A stretch of DNA of 48,045 bases, filler included, from Catajapyx aquilonaris (lineage: Eukaryota), in assembly GCA_000934665.2 (NCBI GenBank). It is 2 parts of 2 records of this genome, joined end to end, with 100 filler letters (N's around TTAATTAATTAA, not from the genome) between each part and the next. Parts side by side here need not be neighbours in the genome. Positions count along the whole stretch, not along the records: positions 1 to 23,979 come from JYFJ02005591.1; positions 24,080 to 48,045 come from JYFJ02005592.1. One strand, written 5' to 3'. A program made the translations under genes and the position numbers. Positions 13,072 through 24,831 of this stretch are shown piece after piece (the stretch's first letter is position 1; every line of letters begins with the position of its first letter). A model generated the notes under the pieces. That model was not told the origin of the DNA and did no database searches. It was given only the letters and a program-made list of their open reading frames with translations.

Positions 13072-13470
13072 TATCTCTTTAGGGTGGGAGGAACATGATC
13101 ACGTGTTTGGAGATAATTAAGTAACATAAGCTGAAATTTGGTTGAGAGGATGCAATTTGGTGAATTGTTGGTTTACAGTAAATGCAATTAAAAAATCATC
13201 TGGAAAACTTATTTGTTTCACTGCCTGGCGATATTGTATGAAGACTAATCGCAGTTAGCTTCTCTCCAATGCAATGGAGTAAAAGAATATGTGGTTATAA
13301 TTACGGTACTTGTGCATATCCCGTGACACACCGCCATAATCGTGAAGGTGTGTCATTGATGTATGATAGTTATTACATGGTGTCAGATCTCCCTAAGTGC
13401 CTGAGCACACCACACCACGTACCCTATTGGCATGTCCTAAAGACTGGTTGTATCAAAGCAAATTAGGTAT

Positions 13471-14021
13471 TACAGTTGAATCCGAATATAACAGCCTCGG
13501 CTGTAACAGACTTTCAGTTTTACCAGACTAGAAAGGCTGGTCCCGCCATACTTCCATAAGGCCCTATCCAATTTTATGCCTGCTATAACATACTCATTTT
13601 CACCTCAACTCGGGTGCAACAGACCATTTCTGGACCCCTCGGAGAGAAAATATTCTGTTTTGGATTACTCAGCTGCATTTCCCATGCAAGAAAAGCAGTG
13701 CATATGGAGCAGATTTTCCCACCTGTCACTGGTCCAACATTTTCCAAAAAGGTCAAAATCATGCTTTTTCTGGTATACTTTGCAAGAACAAGATGGAAGA
13801 AGAAAATGACAGATTTTTTGGGGTCCTGCCTAAAGCTGCATTTACATAAGTGAGCGATTTGACAAGCAAAGTGGAGCAAAGTCTTTGCCGAGCGAAGTAA
13901 TATTAAAACAGAAACCTTGCCATTTTGTTACAAAAGTGGTGATTTGGCTATAGCAGACCTCGGTTATAACAGACTGATTTCTTCGGTCTTTTGAGGTCTG
14001 TTATATCCATATTAAGCTGCA
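13471..14021. mobile_element. Degenerate Tc1/pogo-type MITE
   Basis: Left end TACAGTTGAATCCGAATATAACAG; imperfect inverted copy CTGTTATATCCATATTAAGCTGCA at the right; internal TAACAGAC subrepeats. Confidence 0.4.
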
Positions 14022-14800
14022 TTACATTTATTGGTTTTCATAATACATAATCCAACATCATTAGAAATTTATTGCTTGGTCACTTCTAATTGACAAAACG
14101 CAACCTACACGGCAGCCATAATAATAAACTCATTTTTACCTTTCTCATCTTGCAGTACAATCTCCCTCATTACATGTGCTTCATTAAAGTACTGTATGTT
14201 CTCTCCCTCCACCAGTATCTAATTTGGTCAAATCATCTTCCAGTTTGTCATTGTAACAATCAGTATTTTCTCCAGTGCAAAGCCATCATAACTGCACCAG
14301 TCAAGGTTATGTTTTTCCCTTGAGGAATTATTCATTGAAGGTACTCATCCAAGTGATTGCACTCATACGGTGCCCAGCTCATCTCGGATCAGAATCGATG
14401 TGCATATCATGTGCATAACTTCTCCTGGATTGGAAAATGACAATGGTAGGAGAAAATCCATTGTTGTTATTTTTTTACTTACAACAAGGATGTTTTCATT
14501 GTTTTACTCTCACTCTCCAATTTAAAATGTTTCCCGAGAGCTTACAACAGGATTTAAACTGATTCAGACATGATGTGACTCTTGGATGTCACCCGGAACA
14601 ATAACTCTTGAAGGATTTAGTGCACCACATCCTGTTATAACGGCAACTCCAGTCACACTTTACCTGCAGGCCAGTAATAATATTATTAATAATCGTTTCC
14701 ACAGTGACAGAGATCAACAAAATTTTTGTCACAACAGAAGTGACTAGTATTCTTGTAGTATAGTCAGTAATTTAATGGTACGAGCCAGAATTTTACAGAA

Positions 14801-16950
14801 ATGGCATCAGTGTTCCAACAAAGGAAAAGCATAGACTCAGCAGACTATCTGGAGAGCGAGGAGAGTGACGGAACGGATGTTTCTCCGGACTTGGCCTCTC
14901 TCAGCTCTTCCTCCACTTCCTCCAGACCTAGCCCAAAGGATGTACCGGAGTGGTACTCACGCATCTTTGCAGGAAAGAAGCTCCTTCGCAAGCGTGATAA
15001 CCAGATCCTGTTACTTCCATCTGAGGAGACGCTAAATCCGCACAGCATGCTTGCCCTCTACTATGGAGCAGGGTGGAGCGTGCCATGCGAGGTTTTTCTA
15101 CCTAAACTAATCAAATTCCATGATGTGAGTTCTGGTGAATGCATGTACAGTATATACCAAACAGTAAAATGTAACTTAACCTTTTTTTTTTTACAGGCCC
15201 TGTACCCAATGTTTGAAGTTATGTATGTGAGCAGTGACTTGTCACAAGCAGACATGAGTGAACAAATGCTGGAATTCCATGGGGACTGGCTTGGAATACC
15301 TTTCTCAGACACCCTCAGTCAGTCAGTATATTCTAGCACTACATGATGTGTCAATTACATTAATGTCGTAAGGTCTATCCACATGTTGAATTTGGCTGCT
15401 CTGTGATGTGTACTGTACTGTACCTCCAGTGAAGCTCAAAAAAGGTTGTACGGTGCAGTTTAGTGCCGCGAAAGTCTTGTAGGTTTCTATATATCTCCTG
15501 AATCTACTCGATGAGCTGAGTCGTATGACACTATTCCTAGTGTTCAGAAATGCTTGGTTCAAGAGTAATTGAATTTTGAAATTGCAAGTACTAACAATGA
15601 ATAAATGAAAACAAACTAGTGCTCCTTTGTTGGAAAAGTTTCCTCCCATTGTTGAGTGAATGAATATCCGTGGTAATTTTAAACATAATTTGGGGGTTGT
15701 GTGTCCGCAGCATTAAGGCCGAAACACAAAAAGATTTTGCGGCAGTGTTGACGCGCAAAATCTTTTTGTGTTTCGGCCTTTACTGTCCGCCTTGTGGCGG
15801 CGTAGATGTGGGTGTTGCGTGATGTGGGTGTGGCAAAGCCACAATAACGTTCATTGGCCTGCGGCGCCACAAGACGGACAGTAAATGTTGCGGATACAAA
15901 ACTCACAATAAGCGCCTAGCTCCGCTTGTGCTCCGCATTAACTAAAATTATCACGCATGGGCGACGTACCGTGCCTGGCAGGGCCACAAGACGGACAGTA
16001 CTGGTGCAGTCACTCCAACGTCTCACAGATAACACCAACACAATCAGAGTGGGGCATGCCTTGAGTAATTAAAAAAGCTTAGGATTCATTTTACGGCAAC
16101 ACTTGTTGGCGGGCAAGAGGCCTCGAGCAGTGGCCCGGGAGACACCATCCTCCCTCCATACTTTTAGGAAGGCTTGCCCAATTCCAGATACGCACCAATA
16201 TGCCTATAGGCCATGAACGCTCCTGAATGATGTTAAATTAAACTCCTACACTCTCATTCTATGTCCAACGAACCAAGAACAACAGTTTATTTACACCATT
16301 CAGCATCCCACACAGCATGTTGCCAGCATGGCAACTCCTACGTTTTACACTTGTTTACTGTCATTTCATTCATTGTTATAACTTGCAATTTGAAAATTCA
16401 AATACTCTTGAACCAAGCAATTCCGCACTCTAGGAATAGTGTCATTCGACTCAGCTCATCGAGTAGATTCAGAAAATATATAGAAACCTGCAAGACTTTT
16501 GCGGCACTAAACTGCACCGAAGCCGGTTGTACGATCAATCCTGTCCATTTGGTGGCGTGGTGAATGCAACGTGTGAATGGGTCAGTAATGGTGCACTACT
16601 AGAAATACTTTTAAAAACATTTGTGCCATGACTACCTACTTTTTCAAAGGACTAGGTTTTAGTTGAATGATCTGTTCTTTCTAGCATTATGAATTATGCT
16701 GTAATAATAGAAATATTGGTGGATTAGCTACAGAGCTTGTCACATAATAAAACCCAAGTCACTAAAGCAACGTTTTCTTGGCAGGCAGCTGATTAACCAC
16801 TACAAGGTCACATCAATGCCTACAGTATTGGTCCTGGACCGCCATGCAATGCCATTTTGCCACGATGGGCACACAGAGATACTCAAGAAGGGCTTACACG
16901 CATTCTACACATGGGCAGAAGACATGGAATATCCTGAAGAGAAATCATAG
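14801..16950 (+). CDS. Nucleoredoxin-like copy 3 with degenerate active site (WSVPC) and Ser/acidic N-terminal extension; exons 14801-15124, 15197-15321, 16785-16950; ~204 aa
   Basis: LALYYGAGWSVPC, FEVMYVSSD, HGDWLGIPF; third exon (absent from the ORF track) QLINHYKVTSMPTVLVLD...DGHTEILKKG..AFYTW. Same intron positions as copies 1-2. Confidence 0.85.
15452..16524. mobile_element. Non-autonomous DNA transposon with ~170-bp TIRs and 8-bp TSD, in intron 2 of nucleoredoxin-like copy 3
   Basis: 15452-~15620 is the inverted repeat of ~16350-16519; GGTTGTAC flanks both ends (15444-15451, 16525-16532). Confidence 0.8.
15716..15779. mobile_element. Palindromic PIF/Harbinger-like micro-MITE nested in the element above
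   Basis: Perfect inverted arms AGGCCGAAACACAAAAAGATTTTGCG / CGCAAAATCTTTTTGTGTTTCGGCCT, 12-nt loop, TTA on both sides. Confidence 0.65.
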
Positions 16951-17605
16951 TTTCTGACACTTTCCATCCTGCCTTGCTTAATTGTACTCTTCCTGTCATT
17001 GCAATAAAATTTTTTGCAGTGTATTTGTGATCCAGACAGCCTCATTTTCATTATATTACTACTGGTACAATGTTGCTTATTAATTTAGAAAAGTTAGTCA
17101 GACTCCCACAGGTGGAAAGTTCTGTAGGCTTCAGTCATGTGACAAGCGGAGAGTCACCATGTTGCTCGGCTAGAACCAGTTAGGAGGAGGAGTGACGTCA
17201 GGATCATGACTGGAAACCTGACAGCCAGCTTGTAGAAGCTGATTCCCTGAGTCAGCTTTGCAATTGCAATCGGGCGGAGGAAGGGCATGTGTGAACACGT
17301 CACTCGCGATTTTCAGGGGGAAGAATCTTGAGTCATTAAGTCACAAAGCAATAGTGATAATCTACACTTGGCAGCATCATTAATCAACACAATAATGTTA
17401 ACTTGACTTATTATTGCTTTATTTAGATCTGCAAGAACATAGTACAAATTGTTCTAGTTTGCATGCCTAATATTATTATCGCAGGTTTTAAGAATCCGCA
17501 TATACTATAGTATTTGGAATCAGTAACCCCAACTTTTGAACCAAAGAAATTGAAAAATAGTGCCTGTGGAGATCATCATGAGAGTTCTACTCCAAGACAA
17601 GTTCT

Positions 17606-17675
17606 GGAAACCTTGTATTCTTCCAGTGAACCACACCACGGTAGTGGTTTAAAGGCGCACCATCATCCAGGCTCC
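17606..17675 (-). promoter_or_regulatory. SECIS element (type II) of GPx copy A
   Basis: Sense: GGAGCCUGG AUGA U GGUGCGCC UUU AAA CCAC UACC GUGG UGU GGUUCACU G GA A GAAUACAAGGUUUCC. Has the AUGA/GA core, helix II, apical AAA and a mini-stem. Confidence 0.88.
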
Positions 17676-17722
17676 ACAGGAAAGAGTCTTGTCAGTAAAC
17701 CCCTCATAGGCTAATCTCTGAT

Positions 17723-19413
17723 TCACCAATACTTGGCGAGATCTTTTTCCATGGCCTGTGAATAAAATTGTGAATGATCATCATCCACCTTTTGTAATTA
17801 AGCAGCATACGTATGTATGTATTGCAACATCATCAATATATTAGCGTAGAGACATTTATAGAGCTTAGTTTTGGTTTGATAATTTTAATGTGTGTGCATA
17901 TACGTGTTTTCATAATAGATATACCTTATTATTTTGTAATATGTAATATCATGTATTCCTGCACAGTGAGATATGGCATATTGTATGTGACCTTTTCGTT
18001 TTAGTAAATGAGTTATTAAACTTACAATTGGATCGACAGTGAGACTATATCTGGCCACTGGCTGACCCTCACGATTCACCACAAACTTTGTGAAATTCCA
18101 TTTAATGAAGCTGAAACACGAAAATGTGATGAGTATCACTTGGAATGCGGAGAACCAGTGAGTAATAATTGTGCTCTCTAGAGTGATTTTGCAAGCGACT
18201 TGATGATACACCACTTTAATACAGTACTGATGCAAGAAAAACGAGAATGTACACACTCTGTCAGAACAATCCAAAAAGAACATACTCGCCAAGAGTTCCT
18301 CCCTGCTTCTTCTTGAGGTACTTGAAGAGTGGATGGGCATCATTCCCGTTGACATTAATCTTAGAAAACATGTCGAATGTTGCCCCCTTGTTGGCGGCAA
18401 ACTGCTTGATTTCCTCATTTGTCCCAGGTTCCTGCCCCCCAAACTGGTTGCAAGGGAATGCCAACACGCGCAAGCCCTGACTCTCTCTGTACTTCCCGTA
18501 CAGGGTCTGAAGCTGCGCGTAGTTGACATTCGTCTTGCCTCACTTGGACGCTACGTTTACCACAATGCAGACATTCCCCCTGCAAAATAAGAACAGAAGT
18601 AGCTCTGATACACTTCATGGGCTCTGATAGTCATAATTGGCCATCTAGGTCCTTTAAAGACAATTTGAAGAAGAAAAAAAGAGAGAGAGAAATTGAATAT
18701 TTTGCATAACATATTATTGCAGCAATAAATTTATTGCTAATGACAAACCTGTATTGTTCAAGTGACACATCATTGCCATCAATGTCTGTGGCATTAAATT
18801 CATACATGGACTGTGCTTTTTTCCAGTCCACTTCTGCTGCCTGAAACAATAAAAGGTGCGTAAGAAAATTAGTGGAAAGAAAATTTAATGGGATGAATTG
18901 CAATATTATTGGTGAATTGCACTGAATGGCGATAAACTGACATTAAATGAATATTTACTGGGAGTGAATAAAATATTCAATCGAGAATCATTGCACATTT
19001 AAATTGCTTTGAATGGAATTGAATGAGTTGCAACTGTCCAACGGAGTTAATTTATTTTAAAAATCGAACTGAGCACATCTATGCACCACACTGCAATTGA
19101 TAAGCAAGGCCACTTCCTGTATTGGACTAAAATCAAGTTTTTTTTCCCAGCGAATTTCTAATTTTGCATATTATCTCATTCTCAATTAACTGTATCACCA
19201 AAAATGGTATCACAAGTTGAAAAGGGTCACCTGCAAGAATTTGGCCTTCAGATAGCACTGAGGTCATACTAATCACATGTATATTGATAATGTCCATGAT
19301 AGTTTTGAATCAGTTTACAATCACGTATGAAAATAATTTCAATGATAGCTAGCTACTACTTTATCAGTATGCTACAAAAATAGCTGAAGGCCATCAAAGG
19401 CAATACTGACCAT
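17723..19413 (-). CDS. GPX4: Phospholipid-hydroperoxide glutathione peroxidase (GPx4-type) selenoprotein, copy A; exons 19413-19411 (ATG only, tentative), 18840-18749, 18579-18286, 18110-18026, 17755-17723; Sec UGA at 18542-18540; ~168 aa
   Basis: [61 protein letters not shown]. The in-frame TGA is at the catalytic position and a SECIS follows. Confidence 0.92.
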
Positions 19414-21147
19414 CTTTTAGGAACTGCTACTCTGGTGTATACTGTACAGCAGCACCTAATCCTTACATCTATTGTATTCCTGTAAAAGATGAGTTGCAAT
19501 GCTGGTTTTAAAATTAATTACAGGGCGACTAAAACGTAGGGTCCCTACAGAGCTGAAAGAAAATAAAATGTTACTGTAACACTTTGGATAATAGTAGTCG
19601 AAAATTTAAATTCACGGGGTAATAAAAAAATAAAATGCAATAAAACTAAAAGTAATAAACGTAAATTCAAGGAGACCTTATGCAAGGTGTTTTGTTATTC
19701 GAGGGAACTTTCAAGAAACTTTCACAATATCTAAATTATCTTTTTCTGTGACAAAATTAAAAATTCCCCACATATACCCAGGTATTTTACTAATTAGGGA
19801 GTATATGATATGATTATGCTATACTCTAATGTAGTGGTGTACAATACCTTCAAGCTACTTCCAACAGGACTGCAACAGCTACTGCTTGAAGGCAACCTGA
19901 GATTACTGTATAGAAGTAAATGCTGAAGAAAAAAATACACAAATTATCTAATCTAAACAGAACAGCAGTAACCTTCCTTTTAATTGCGGCTCAATATCAC
20001 AGCTCCACGATAAGATTAAACAATATGTCCTACAAGAATACATCACTTGGTACAAACCTTATCTACTCCCACATTATCAGCAAAATCTTCCAACTGACCC
20101 CAGGAAAAACAAACTACAGTGGAAACTGATTATTCACAGCAGTAGTTTTCAAGAGCCTCTCACACAAACACACTTTTAACCTTGTGTAATATGTGTTTTA
20201 ACATACATAAGTACCTATGTCCTACGATAATGTTAATTGACAAATTATGCAACTTTGCTTCAGGACCAGATGAAATTTCGAGACACTTCTATTTGCCACA
20301 CAAGGTCTTAACGATGTGCTCTAATAGTAGAAATGCAGATCAACTGAAATCACTGGGGCTATGCAGTTGCAACAATGGTTAACACACAGTTAAAACCTGG
20401 ACACCACTTCTTGGGCAATTCCTAATGAGTATTCTCACCAATTTCTTATTGAATTTGTAAAAAATTCTTTGGCAGAAATTGTCAGTGCAGTGGCACCAGA
20501 GTTTTCTATTCGCATCAACAAACATGAAAGAGCTTACCATCAGTACAGGGCCATCTCTATTCAATGTTAGTACAAGCAGCATGGCAGTATTTAGCAAGTT
20601 ATGTCCACATTTTAGCTGCAAGGAAGGAAACTATAATTTTTTTCTGAGAAAGGGAAATGTAGGGCGAATAGAAGGCCACCCACTTCATCATCACTGAAGA
20701 TATTAATAAGTCAGTTCAAATTAAAGCCTTTTCCTTGATAAACTACATGCCTATCACTGGGGTATCCCATTAATATACTGTATATTTAATTGATGTTTGC
20801 ACACGTGGACCTTGTGTGGTTTATTGGTATTTTTAGAATAAGCAATCAAAATAATAACATTTTCTCCAGAATCAGTGGTAAAGTCATAAAGCAGTGGCAG
20901 TATTCTATTCTTGGAGAAGACAACTAATTAACAAATGAAAACTCGAAAATTGACTTATCATTCATTTATGGTACATTACATTACACCTACAGGAACATTG
21001 TACAAATTGTTCATGACTAATTAAACAGATTTTAACCTGGCACACACAAATCTTGATTCCATATTCCAAATTTTAAACTTCTGATTTGATGAAAATTTAT
21101 TGTACGTGTGGAGATCCTCATGACAGGCCCACTCCAAGACAGGTTCT

Positions 21148-21217
21148 GGAAACCTTGTATTCTTCCAGTGAACCACACCACGTTAATGGTTTAAAGGTAC
21201 ACCATCATCCAGGCTCC
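21148..21217 (-). promoter_or_regulatory. SECIS element (type II) of GPx copy B
   Basis: Sense: GGAGCCUGG AUGA U GGUGUACC UUU AAA CCAU UAAC GUGG UGU GGUUCACU G GA A GAAUACAAGGUUUCC. Differences from copy A preserve the pairing. Confidence 0.88.
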
Positions 21218-21266
21218 ACAAGAAATAGTCTTGTCAGTGAACTTCTCATGGGTTCAGCCCTTTGAT

Positions 21267-22838
21267 TCACCAATACTTGGCGAGATCCTTTTCCATGTCC
21301 TGTAAATAAAATTGAATTATTATTACGAAATTACTCAGTCCACATATTTTGCAATGCTATACGAACACATCAAAGTCATATCATTTCCTTGACAAGGCTA
21401 ATTTCAAAACTCTTGTTTCCATAATTCCGGAATTAACATTGCAACTGCTGTGCCTCTTACTACTGATGATGATCAGTTAATGATTTTCTATTGTGGTTGA
21501 GCAAGGCTGAACGTTTTTAACATCATAACTTGGTTGTGCTTATTAGGTAATGCAATAACATTCTGATGTGATATTCCTTATTAATATAATTACCAGCTTG
21601 TATTTGAATAACTATTCACATGCAATGGAAATGTCATTACTTGAGTTCTTCAGAAGATATCCTGAATGTGATCATATGACTGATAAGCAAGGTGTGTAAC
21701 AAGTGTGTACAAAGGTCACTGAAACTTACTAATGGATCGACATTGGGACCATATCTGGCCACAGGCTGACCCTCACGGTTCACCACAAACTTAGTGAAAT
21801 TCCACTTTATAAAGCTGAAAAACAAAGTTGAGATTAAGTAACTAGAGCATGGAGTGTAAAACGCTAGCATGTCGTGGTTCTCACAAAACATCTCTCATCT
21901 GCCTTTCCAAGCATTTTTATAACTCATGCTACATGCAGGTTGAAAGAAAATTTCTACCAATTATGCCAGAGCAAGTCACATGCTTATGCACAACTTTAAT
22001 TAAAAACTTGAACTTGTAGTTAAGGAACACACTTTACATCAATGCAATCAAAACCATCTCACAGATATTTTGCGAGAAATTTGACAATAAAAAGCACATG
22101 GCCAAACAAGCACATGAGCGCAATCCCGCCCCCCACAAGAAGCAGTAAAGCAGCAATTACCTCATGACAGCACTATACGACACATTAACAAATTTAGGAA
22201 CGTACTCCCCAAGGGTCCCTCCCTGCTTCTTCTTGAGGTACTGGAAAAGTGGATCGGCATTGTCCCCATTGACATTAATCTTGGAAAACATGTCGAATGT
22301 TGCCCCCTTGTTGGCGGCAAACTGCTTGATTTCCTCGTTTGTCCCAGGTTCCTGCCCCCCAAACTGGTTGCAAGGGAATGCCAACACGCGCAAGCCCTGA
22401 CTCTCTCTGTACTTCTCGTACAGGGTCTGAAGCTGCGCGTAGTTGACATTCGTCTTGCCTCACTTGGACGCTACGTTTACCACAATGCACACGTTCCCCC
22501 TGAAAAATATAAAGGTTAATATTATCACACATTGAAACATTAAACTTTCACTATGTATGGTTGCAAAAGTACTTTTTCTGGAAAAATGAGAGATGTTTAC
22601 ACAATACCATTATTTTTTGCATGAATGTAAGGAATATCCTAGTTTCATAATATTTGCAGCCTTGAATAGTCCTTGGCCATGATGCAAGCAACAGAAAGTG
22701 AGCATTGCTTGGTAATGAGTAACTCCCATGCAAATTATAAGCATACCTGTATCGTTCAAGCGCCACTTCATTCCCATCAATGTCTGTGACATTGAATTCA
22801 TACATGGACTGTGCATTTTTCCAGTCCATTGCTGCTGC
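21267..22838 (-). CDS. GPX4: GPx4-type selenoprotein, copy B; exons 22838-22747, 22499-22206, 21814-21730, 21299-21267; Sec UGA at 22462-22460; start either ATG 22829 or in an unresolved upstream exon
   Basis: Same motifs and exon sizes (92/294/85/33) as copy [25 protein letters not shown] downstream. Confidence 0.9.
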
Positions 22839-23979
22839 CTGAAACAATAAATTATGTCAATTATTACTGCAAAAGTTCACAATCACGCTAGGAATTCCAA
22901 CAATCTCCATGTAAAACTGACAATGTCTTTGCCCCAAATGCTACTGTGCGTCAAATTTCTGAAGCTCCCAATGCTGAAGCACAGATATTGCTGGTTTTAC
23001 ACCAAACTCCTCGGGGCTTCTGGCCTAGTCCTATCATGCTCATGACTGTACAATTATCATAATCAGATTAACTACATTCATATTTGTTCTATTCATGTAC
23101 AAAACAATCTAGAAAGCTGTAATATTTCACAGATTAACTATGACTCTTGGCTTTCACATTAATTACCATAATTAATGAACTCATCCTAATTATTTCAAAA
23201 CAGTATAGCAAGCTGCAGCAATGAATGCTTGCAGTACACATTACCTTCAGTGAAACTCCACTGGAAGACTACAAAGATGAAAAGCAGGATAAGAATTCAA
23301 GCTCACACAATGACTGAGGGGGTGGGAGTGTTCTACACCAATGAGTTTATTTAACGTTTTTTTCCTTGTGTGTGACTAATGCCCCCTCTTGCACACCTTC
23401 CTCTTGCAATAACTAATTGGCCTTGAAAAGGTCCACCAGTAAATTCATAGCCGCTACGGAATTTCTTACTCAACATTACTGTACAATACATTGCATAAAT
23501 CATTGCCTCAGGTCTCTTTGATCAATCAGAACTGACCTTCAACGATTCACACAATATGAGCCCTGCAGAAATATTTTGGTGCAATTTCAACAGCAGCCGC
23601 ATCAGACCTATTCAATCCACTTAGAAATCAGTGGGAATCCATTTCCCATTGTTTAATGTACTTTCTCTGCTTTCTTTGACAGGCAAACATTCCCATAAAC
23701 CTCCATGAGTTTTCTTCTTGTTGTTAAGATATTCCATGCACAGCCACCACCGCGGTTATTAAAACTAAGTAAGGTGCTTGCAGGTAGTAATATTACTTTT
23801 CATGCTAAAATTCACAACGGAGGTTGAAAATAATAATTATAACTGCAATAACGACAATACACCGTGAATTGTGTCGAAATATCTAGGCATTGTGCAAAAA
23901 CACTAACTGCCCATCATAGCATAGGCTGCCTTTCGAAGAAAAAATATGTAACATGTACAGTCGCCGACATATTGATTGA

Positions 23980-24079
23980 NNNNNNNNNNNNNNNNNNNNN
24001 NNNNNNNNNNNNNNNNNNNNNNNTTAATTAATTAANNNNNNNNNNNNNNNNNNNNNNNNNNNNNNNNNNNNNNNNNNNN
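23980..24079. other. Assembly gap with artificial six-frame-stop linker TTAATTAATTAA (24024-24035)
   Basis: N runs flank TTAATTAATTAA, a standard contig-joining spacer. Confidence 0.95.
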
Positions 24080-24319
24080 CTCTTTCCCGACCAGATACTC
24101 GAGTGTCATGCCGATACCTCCATATTTGTGCCCGTCACAGCGAGAGGAAGAGGAGTCAAACTGGCGGGACGGACCTGGACCTGCTCCCAACTCGCTGGGA
24201 GGGGAAGGGTAGAGCGCGCTCTTAAGAGTTGAACTTTTGCTTCCTTTTGAAGAAAACAGCTGGGGAGGTGTACTACATGCTAAGATTGTGTAGAGCAGAT
24301 ACTGCTTACCATGTTCAGT

Positions 24320-24740
24320 CACACGATGTTGTAACCCTTCAAAATCCTCCTGCCGCATCTGCTTCTGCTCTGGAGTCAACAGTCTGGGAACCTATCGCAT
24401 CAGGCACTAGTGCATCACGTGTGCAAATGGTCAATGCAAAATTATGTGGGCACTACCACCGGAGGTACCATACATTCTGGCAAGGTCATCGATAGTTATG
24501 CGGCAACCTTCCCGGACAATCACTGCGCAGGTGGTGTTAATGATCTCTGTCAGAACTCAGAAGGTAATCTGCAAACCTGTTTATCTGTAAGGTGACCCTC
24601 ACTGAATGCTTTGTACCATTGCATTGGAATGCTGTGGAACACTTCTTCGCAAGTCATAAGTCTCCATCGCTGTTGTCTTCATACAGAAGGAATATTTTAA
24701 CACTGAATATTGTACGTCATTGCCGGCATTTGAGTGTCTG
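24320..24740 (-). mobile_element. Degenerate mariner transposase relic (N-terminal HTH region)
   Basis: Frameshifted pieces QYSVLKYSF..KTTAMETYDL, WYKAFSEG, VREGCRITIDDLARMYGTSGGSAHIILH and R*VPRLLTPEQKQMR (the mariner WVPR/HxLT motif with W changed to stop). Confidence 0.8.
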
Positions 24741-24831
24741 TAAGTGATGATCATGTCTGGGTGGCTTTGTAATGAAAAAATCACTTGTTTACCACAGTAT
24801 ATATTTCTGCATAAGTACATACACAAGTGTT

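Noticed and set aside
17711..17725. The terminal codon of both GPx genes is also UGA (~56 nt before the SECIS core), so it might encode a second Sec
   Set aside because: Read-through tails differ (IRD* in A, IKGLNP* in B), the GPx fold ends here, and the spacing is near the minimum reported for recoding. Treated as a stop.
24032..24379. 115-aa minus-strand ORF running into the gap
   Set aside because: Its start is mariner relic sequence, and its stop comes from the artificial linker.
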